This document shows, in pieces, positions 59,084 to 64,000 of a stretch of 64,000 nt of DNA. Both the position numbers and the translations under genes were made by a program. The DNA lies in NCBI GenBank assembly GCA_964013565.1, contig CAXGWU010000001.1, positions 93,601 to 157,600 on the forward strand, in the 5' to 3' direction. Below the pieces are notes generated by a model. That model saw only the letters and a list, made by a program, of their open reading frames with translations. It did not search any database and was not told the DNA's origin. Source of the DNA: an uncultured Oligoflexia bacterium (GTDB lineage: Bacteria > Bdellovibrionota > UBA1018 > UBA6935). Numbering within the stretch: position 1 is the first letter of the stretch; each line of letters begins with the position of its first letter.

Positions 59084-59220
59084 GAGTTGCATATATCACA
59101 TCAGTTTTGTTTGAAAAGGACGTCTTTGAATAATGGCTCTTTTTGAAAGAATAAGTGGAGAAAGGATCATCTTTAAAATTCTTTTATCCTCCTCATCCAT
59201 TTAAAACAGGTGAACTCGTG

Positions 59221-59255
59221 TCAGAAGACCAGTCCCGTATGGGGACTGGTCTTCT
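59221..59255. repeat. perfect 15-bp stem / 5-nt loop hairpin (CAGAAGACCAGTCCC-gtatg-GGGACTGGTCTTCTG)
   Basis: Read directly from the sequence. Located in a ~490-nt ORF-poor, locally GC-richer gap between divergent genes. No flanking T-run on either strand. Confidence 0.6.
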
Positions 59256-59579
59256 GGGGAGGAGCGTACAACTTCTAGCTGTACATGCCTGGTCTAGGCA
59301 ACTCTTTGAAACTTTTCTTAAGGACATAGAAGGAGGAGCTGATCCTGGCAAGTGATCCTCAGGGATGAGGCGTAGATTCTTGATTACGGAATTTTATTTA
59401 TTAACTATTTATTTTTATTGATAAAATATTAGTCACTTAAGTTGATTTTTTTGGTTTATTATTGCGCGGCAGGTCTTTATTGCTGAGAAGAGAGAAAATT
59501 ACCAGAAGGATAGAAGAGAATGATTGAAGCCAGAGCAGCTTTGTTCTATATAAGGGGTTTGTTTTTATAAGGAGTTTTT

Positions 59580-59768
59580 ATGTCTGAAGCGGCAACTGTT
59601 GATAAAAGTAAATTTTCTAGAAAAACTTTAAAGAAGCTTTTCAGAAAAGCACTTTCAAAAAAAATTCACGAAGATCGTGATTTTGCAAAAACCTTTTTCG
59701 AAGAAAAGTCAAAGCGTTCTACTGAAAGAAAAGTGGCTTATCGAAGAAGACACGTAGCTAAGAAGTAA
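59580..59768 (+). CDS. small highly basic hypothetical protein (62 aa)
   Basis: Lys/Arg-rich ORF with a plausible RBS. No homology recognised. Confidence 0.3.
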   Translation: MSEAATVDKSKFSRKTLKKLFRKALSKKIHEDRDFAKTFFEEKSKRSTERKVAYRRRHVAKK

Positions 59769-59799
59769 TTCTAAGCTTTTATTTATACGTTCGGGGGGA

Positions 59800-60336
59800 A
59801 TGATGGGTCTTTCTAAAGGCGGGCGTTCGTCTATTCAATCAAAAGTACAGAAGCTGTTATCTCCGCTTCCTGAGAACCTTAGGAATACGCTCTATTTAAG
59901 AGTGTTTTCTTTGATGCAAATCCCTGTTCTTTTTTTTATTAGGCCTAAGGTTCTCCGAGTTGATGAAAAAGGCTGTACGGTAGTTATTCCTTTAAATCGA
60001 CGAACGAAAAACCATTTAGGATGTATGTATTTTGGGGTTCTTGCCTGTGGTGCAGATATCGCAGGAGGACTCGTGGCTATGAAAGCCATTGATGAAAGCG
60101 GAGAAAAGATTTCTCTGATCTTTAAAGATTTTCAAGCTCAGTTTTTAAAAAGAGTCGAAGGAGATTGTCATTTTGTGAGTGATGATGCCGATCGAGTCAA
60201 AGCATTAGTCCAAGAAGCAATACAGACCGGAGATCGAGTGGAAACTTCTGTATCTGTAGTTGCTCATGTTCCAGGTGTTTTAGACGAACCTGCCGCAACT
60301 TTCCAATTGACTCTGTCCCTGAAAAAGAAAAGCTAA
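59800..60336 (+). CDS. hypothetical protein, possibly hotdog-fold thioesterase-like
   Basis: 178-aa ORF. Weak resemblance of …CMYFGVLACGADIAGGLVAM… to a hotdog-fold central helix region. Not confidently assigned. Confidence 0.35.
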   Translation: MMGLSKGGRSSIQSKVQKLLSPLPENLRNTLYLRVFSLMQIPVLFFIRPKVLRVDEKGCTVVIPLNRRTKNHLGCMYFGVLACGADIAGGLVAMKAIDESGEKISLIFKDFQAQFLKRVEGDCHFVSDDADRVKALVQEAIQTGDRVETSVSVVAHVPGVLDEPAATFQLTLSLKKKS

Positions 60337-61004
60337 GATTGAATGAGTTGATTTGCTCTGTGAAAAACTTCATCGAACATGGGTTCAGTCAGTCTCTTTG
60401 TAAAGGTGTTTTGTTGGCTTGGATGATAAGACATTAAAATCACCCTTCCATCTGGAAGGCGGTGTTCTCCGAGGTGTTTGAATTTTGGTTTTTTTTGATT
60501 TGGACTAAGTGTCTTCCAAAGTGAATTTAAAGCAATTTGTCCTAGAACTAAATAAACTTTTATTGGAATCCATTTGATTTCATTTTCTAAATAAGGAAGA
60601 CAGTTTTTAATTTCCTCTGGAGTAGGTTTGTTTTGGGGAGGAGCACAATGGGCTGTTGCAGTGATGTATGCATTTTTTAATTTTAAAGAATCTGTAGAAT
60701 GAACCGATTCCATCTGATTTGAAAACCCCGCTTTGTAAAGGGCTCGGTAAAGCCATTCTCCTGAGCGATCTCCTGTAAACATACGTCCGGTACGGTTTGC
60801 CCCATGGGCTGCAGGAGCTAATCCTAGAATAAAGAGTTTTGCTTTTGGATCGCCAAAGCTAGGGACTGGTTTGCCCCAATACTTTTCATTGATGAATGCT
60901 TTTCTTTTTTTTTCTGAAATATTTTTACAGTGTTCGATGAGCCTTGGGCAAAGAGTACATTGTGGAATTTTAATGTTTTGGTTTTTTATTTTTTGTAAAT
61001 TCAT
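60333..61004 (-). CDS. uracil-DNA glycosylase superfamily protein (family 4/5-type, Fe-S)
   Basis: N-terminal Cys cluster (CTLCPRLIEHC) and the motif LFILGLAPAAHGANRTGRMFTGDRSG typical of family 4/5 UDGs. Confidence 0.7.
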   Translation of the reverse strand: MNLQKIKNQNIKIPQCTLCPRLIEHCKNISEKKRKAFINEKYWGKPVPSFGDPKAKLFILGLAPAAHGANRTGRMFTGDRSGEWLYRALYKAGFSNQMESVHSTDSLKLKNAYITATAHCAPPQNKPTPEEIKNCLPYLENEIKWIPIKVYLVLGQIALNSLWKTLSPNQKKPKFKHLGEHRLPDGRVILMSYHPSQQNTFTKRLTEPMFDEVFHRANQLIQS

Positions 61005-61723
61005 GACTTCTTTTTTGGAATCATTTGATCCAGATCGGTAACTTCTTTTTCTGAAAGAATTCTAAATTCTCCAGAAGCGAGGTGAGAAAGTTCTAGAGGT
61101 CCTTGTTCTATTCTTTTGAGTTTTAAAACCTCATATCCTTGATTTTGAAACATCCTTCGAACAAAGCGATTTCTTCCTTCGCTGACTTCTACCTCATAGA
61201 CTTTTTTTGAGAGTGTATGAAGTCCTTCAAAGTGTCCTGGACCATCTTCGAGAAGAATTTGAGAAAGAAGGTGGTGTCGATCGACTTCATCGAGTTCTTT
61301 GTCTAAATGAACTTCGTAAGTTTTTCTTACACCAAAGCTTGGATGCATGAGTCTATTTCCTAGGTCGCCATCGTTAGTGAGTAAAAGAAGTCCTTCAGAT
61401 TCATAATCAAGTCTTCCCACGGGATTGAGATGATGATATTTTTTTGGAATCCAATCATAAATAGTCTTTCTGCCGTGAGGATCGTGTTTAGTGGTTAAGC
61501 ATTGAATCGGTTTATGAAAAAGTAGAAATTCCTTTTTTTTATCAAGAATCACTTTTTGATGGTCAAGTTCAATCAAATCGGTTGTTGGATCTGCTTTGAC
61601 TCCTAATTCAGTAATCACGTTTCCATTTATTTTTACTCTGCCGGATTCAATTGCTTTTTCAGCCGCTCTTCGACTAAGAAGCCCTGCTTGGGATAGGATT
61701 TTTTGAATTCGCAATTTACTCAT
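61001..61723 (-). CDS. rRNA pseudouridine synthase, RsuA/RluB family
   Basis: N-terminal S4 domain (RIQKILSQAGLLSRRAAEKAIESGRVKING) and catalytic NPVGRLDYESEGLLLLTNDG. Confidence 0.8.
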   Translation of the reverse strand: MSKLRIQKILSQAGLLSRRAAEKAIESGRVKINGNVITELGVKADPTTDLIELDHQKVILDKKKEFLLFHKPIQCLTTKHDPHGRKTIYDWIPKKYHHLNPVGRLDYESEGLLLLTNDGDLGNRLMHPSFGVRKTYEVHLDKELDEVDRHHLLSQILLEDGPGHFEGLHTLSKKVYEVEVSEGRNRFVRRMFQNQGYEVLKLKRIEQGPLELSHLASGEFRILSEKEVTDLDQMIPKKKS

Positions 61724-62493
61724 TTTTTTGTGATTTCACTTTCGTAGAAGGTAAATTGATCTTTAAAACCAATTTGATGATAAAGGTCGATTGCTTTTTT
61801 ATTTTTACTTAGAACATTGAGTCCAATCCATTGACACTCGTTCATGAGTTCTAAACAAAGAGCTGTAATTACCTCGTATCCATACCCTTGGTTTCGGTGG
61901 AGAGGATGAGTAGCAATGTTTCCTAGCGCTGCTGTTTTATAATCAGGAGAGTAAGTGTGAATTCCAGCAACAGAAAGAATTTGATCATCTTTGATGATTG
62001 CTTTGAATTTTCCGGTCTCAATCATAAATGAATCATACCAATGATCTGGATAGGAGAGGGTATAAAAATCAAGGAGTTGTTGAGAATGAGAATGATTTAA
62101 GCTTTGGATTAAAAGGGAAGGGTTTCTTCTTTTTAAAGAAGGATTTTGAAGTAACATGCGCTGATGAGGGTGAGAGAATCCAATCGTAAAATTTCTATCG
62201 GCTTTGGGGCGGGCTGGAGAGTCGAGGTAAAACCGTTCAGGTAGAACAAAAGAAAGTTCAGAAAGGATTTCTGATAGCGTGCTGGAATCTTGAATTTTTG
62301 GTGTAATTAGAATGGAGTGTTTTTCTGCTTGATAGAGTAAGAAAACACTTGGAAGTCCTTTAATGGTAAACCAACGGGTTTTCGGAAAATAAAAAGGATC
62401 AAGATCCCCGATAAGGTATAGGTACGCGCATGGATCCTTTTTCATGAGCTCCCAGAGTTTATTTTTTTCTTTGATTTCTCGTACTAAAGACAC
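61720..62493 (-). CDS. GNAT-family N-acetyltransferase
   Basis: C-terminal acetyl-CoA-binding motif (LGNIATHPLHRNQGYGYEVITAL). Confidence 0.6.
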   Translation of the reverse strand: MSLVREIKEKNKLWELMKKDPCAYLYLIGDLDPFYFPKTRWFTIKGLPSVFLLYQAEKHSILITPKIQDSSTLSEILSELSFVLPERFYLDSPARPKADRNFTIGFSHPHQRMLLQNPSLKRRNPSLLIQSLNHSHSQQLLDFYTLSYPDHWYDSFMIETGKFKAIIKDDQILSVAGIHTYSPDYKTAALGNIATHPLHRNQGYGYEVITALCLELMNECQWIGLNVLSKNKKAIDLYHQIGFKDQFTFYESEITKK

Positions 62494-62513
62494 TCCGTGT
62501 CTTTAGCATGACT

Positions 62514-63002
62514 TTATTTTTTTGCAAAGAAGTGATCAATGTGTTTTAGCGCCTTTTGGTAGGAAAGGGAGTAGGGGCATAGGCTTTGCTGTTGATTTGT
62601 ACAATCTGTTTGAATTTGTGCTGCCATCTTTTTAAAGACGGGAACATATTTCTTGAGTTGTACCTTTGCTTCTGTTGAACCTTGATGGACCTTTTCTATA
62701 AGAGCTTTGGTCGTGTTATAGAGGAGAATGCTGATGTCAGCTTTGTTTTTAAGGGGACTTCTTAGGTATGAACTTGTGACCACACGATTGCATTGGACGT
62801 ACTCTTCTATGTCTAGCTCCATGAGGTCTGCTTGCAAAAAAGCTCCTTGAGAAATAAGGTCGTTGACCACTTTTTGATCACAAGAAGCTCCTTTTTTTCC
62901 TTCAATACTTAGAGCATGAGAAAGTTCTTTGAGATCTTTGGCAAATGCAAAAGTTTTGAAATGAATAAGAATCAGAAAACTATAAAAAAAGAATCGCATC
63001 AA
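62514..63002 (-). CDS. hypothetical secreted protein
   Basis: Signal peptide MMRFFFYSFLILIHFKTFAFA. No motif. Confidence 0.4.
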   Translation of the reverse strand: MMRFFFYSFLILIHFKTFAFAKDLKELSHALSIEGKKGASCDQKVVNDLISQGAFLQADLMELDIEEYVQCNRVVTSSYLRSPLKNKADISILLYNTTKALIEKVHQGSTEAKVQLKKYVPVFKKMAAQIQTDCTNQQQSLCPYSLSYQKALKHIDHFFAKK

Positions 63003-63420
63003 GAGAATATCTCCCTGGTCCTATTACAAAAAAGACCATTAATATCACAGCAAGATTAATAGTATATTCGGCTCCTGGAGGATTATTGGTAATTAAGTAC
63101 CCTCCTCCTTTATGTCCAATCAGTCCAGCAACCACCATTGTAAAAAAAAGAACAATTGCGGCAGGTCTCATCAAAAGCCCAAGGGCAAGTGCAGCTCCTC
63201 CGACAAGCTCACTCAGCATCGCTAAATAAGCTTGCAGTTTTGGCATGGGAACTCCCAGGCTTTTTAGCCAGCCTGCAAATCCTTTCATGCTTCCTCCTGG
63301 ACCAACCCAGCCGAGCTTTCCAAACGCATGAATCATAAAACAGACACCGATAAAGATTCGTCCTATGAGTATTGCAATATGAATCCATTCACCATGACTT
63401 TTAAGGAGATAAATTGACAT
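62980..63420 (-). CDS. DoxX-family membrane protein
   Basis: ~145-aa four-TM protein with the Gly-rich DoxX-like helices (…LIGHKGGGYLITNNPPG…). Confidence 0.65.
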   Translation of the reverse strand: MSIYLLKSHGEWIHIAILIGRIFIGVCFMIHAFGKLGWVGPGGSMKGFAGWLKSLGVPMPKLQAYLAMLSELVGGAALALGLLMRPAAIVLFFTMVVAGLIGHKGGGYLITNNPPGAEYTINLAVILMVFFVIGPGRYSLDAILFL

Positions 63421-63434
63421 TCTTCAAAAGTAAC

Positions 63435-63749
63435 TTAGTTCTGAAGGGCTGGCAAAAGGTATTTTTCACGGTCTTTTAAGTAACTTTCAATATTCTGGAT
63501 AACTACTCTTCTTTGCTTTGACTCTATATCGTTTTCTAGGCGCTCAGAGAGTTCTCCTTGAATACTTACGTATTCAAGCGTGAGAATATGAAAAAGAGAT
63601 TCAAGCAAGGGGTCAATTTCAAAGGAAATTTCTCTTTTCTTCTCTTTAAAAGAACGAGTATTGTCAAAGAGGAGTTCAAGTTCTCTTCGTTTTGAGGAAT
63701 AGAGAGATTCAATTACCCAAATCGCATTTCTGACAGACCAGGTATACAT
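63435..63749 (-). CDS. hypothetical protein (possibly the C-terminal part of a frameshifted gene)
   Basis: ORF overlaps a second minus-strand ORF (63713-63964) in another frame. No motif. Confidence 0.25.
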   Translation of the reverse strand: MYTWSVRNAIWVIESLYSSKRRELELLFDNTRSFKEKKREISFEIDPLLESLFHILTLEYVSIQGELSERLENDIESKQRRVVIQNIESYLKDREKYLLPALQN

Positions 63750-64000
63750 TTGAAGACCGGAGTTCGAAGCTTCTTGGGCTTTGTTTTGTAAAAGGTATAA
63801 AATCTCCCACTGGCGTTGAATATAAGATCTGAGCTCTTTTGAGTCGTAAGGGTCTTTTTGTTGAAATAAAGTTGAATTTTTTTGAATTCGATCCAGTACT
63901 GTTTTTCCATTTTTTTTCTTTTTTTGATAAAAACGAGCAAGTTTTTCAACTCTCTCAAATCCATAAGGCTTTTTTAGATCTTTATTTTTAGATTGAAGAT

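Noticed and set aside
59155-59355. 66-aa plus-strand ORF in the divergent intergenic region
   Set aside because: No RBS, unusual composition, and it spans the perfect hairpin. More likely non-coding.
59221-59400. SRP RNA, tmRNA or RNase P RNA identity for the GC-richer gap
   Set aside because: By eye there is no match to the conserved SRP domain IV (GGAAGGAAGCAGC-like), tmRNA tag/acceptor, or RNase P P4 motifs. It is left as an unassigned structured-element candidate.
1-64000. CRISPR arrays, rRNA/tRNA genes, transposases and integrases
   Set aside because: No regularly spaced direct repeats, no rRNA-like conserved blocks, no cloverleaf candidates outside coding sequence, and no transposase or integrase motifs were seen.

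Overview
This is an AT-rich chromosomal segment from a Gram-negative bacterium. Signal peptides and lipoboxes are abundant, and the window carries system II cytochrome c biogenesis genes and an alternative complex III plus caa3 oxidase gene neighbourhood. The composition and the many secreted proteins fit a Bdellovibrio-like or Bacteriovoracaceae-type predatory bacterium, but that taxonomic guess rests on inference only.

Recognisable genes:
- a possible DUF559 endonuclease-domain protein at the 5' edge, CrcB, ElbB, CcsB (ResB) and CcsA, and a UvrD/PcrA helicase
- the thyA-folA operon
- an MBL-fold hydrolase, a small HNH endonuclease, MepA and Pcm
- a complete actABCDEF alternative complex III operon
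- a secreted S41 peptidase and the heme O synthase CtaB
- SCO1, coxB, coxA, coxC, and a subunit IV/cytochrome c fusion
- a HAD-like hydrolase, an MFS transporter and a PAP2 phosphatase
- acetyl-CoA synthetase
- a UDG-family glycosylase, an RluB-like pseudouridine synthase, a GNAT acetyltransferase and a DoxX protein

The most unusual element is a tightly packed seven-gene minus-strand operon at 8311-19850. Every product has an N-terminal signal peptide, and together they look nucleotide-centric:
- a full-length ribose-phosphate pyrophosphokinase (Prs) homolog
- two paralogs with C-terminal LOG-family (nucleotide 5'-monophosphate nucleosidase-like) domains
- two proteins with protein-kinase-like domains, one carrying a tandem, atypical pair
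- three paralogs sharing an undescribed N-terminal domain with FxGRD and hhhDxSxxG motifs

Other unexplained secreted gene sets are a three-gene operon (47660-52736) and a 1175-aa Cys-rich protein with a Gly/Ser/Asp linker. A gene pair encoding a CxxCH-bearing putative beta-barrel and a diheme lipoprotein is also present. Several conspicuous inverted repeats were found, including a perfect 15-bp hairpin in an ORF-poor region and a 17-bp inverted repeat between convergent genes. No rRNA, tRNA, CRISPR array or transposase was seen.
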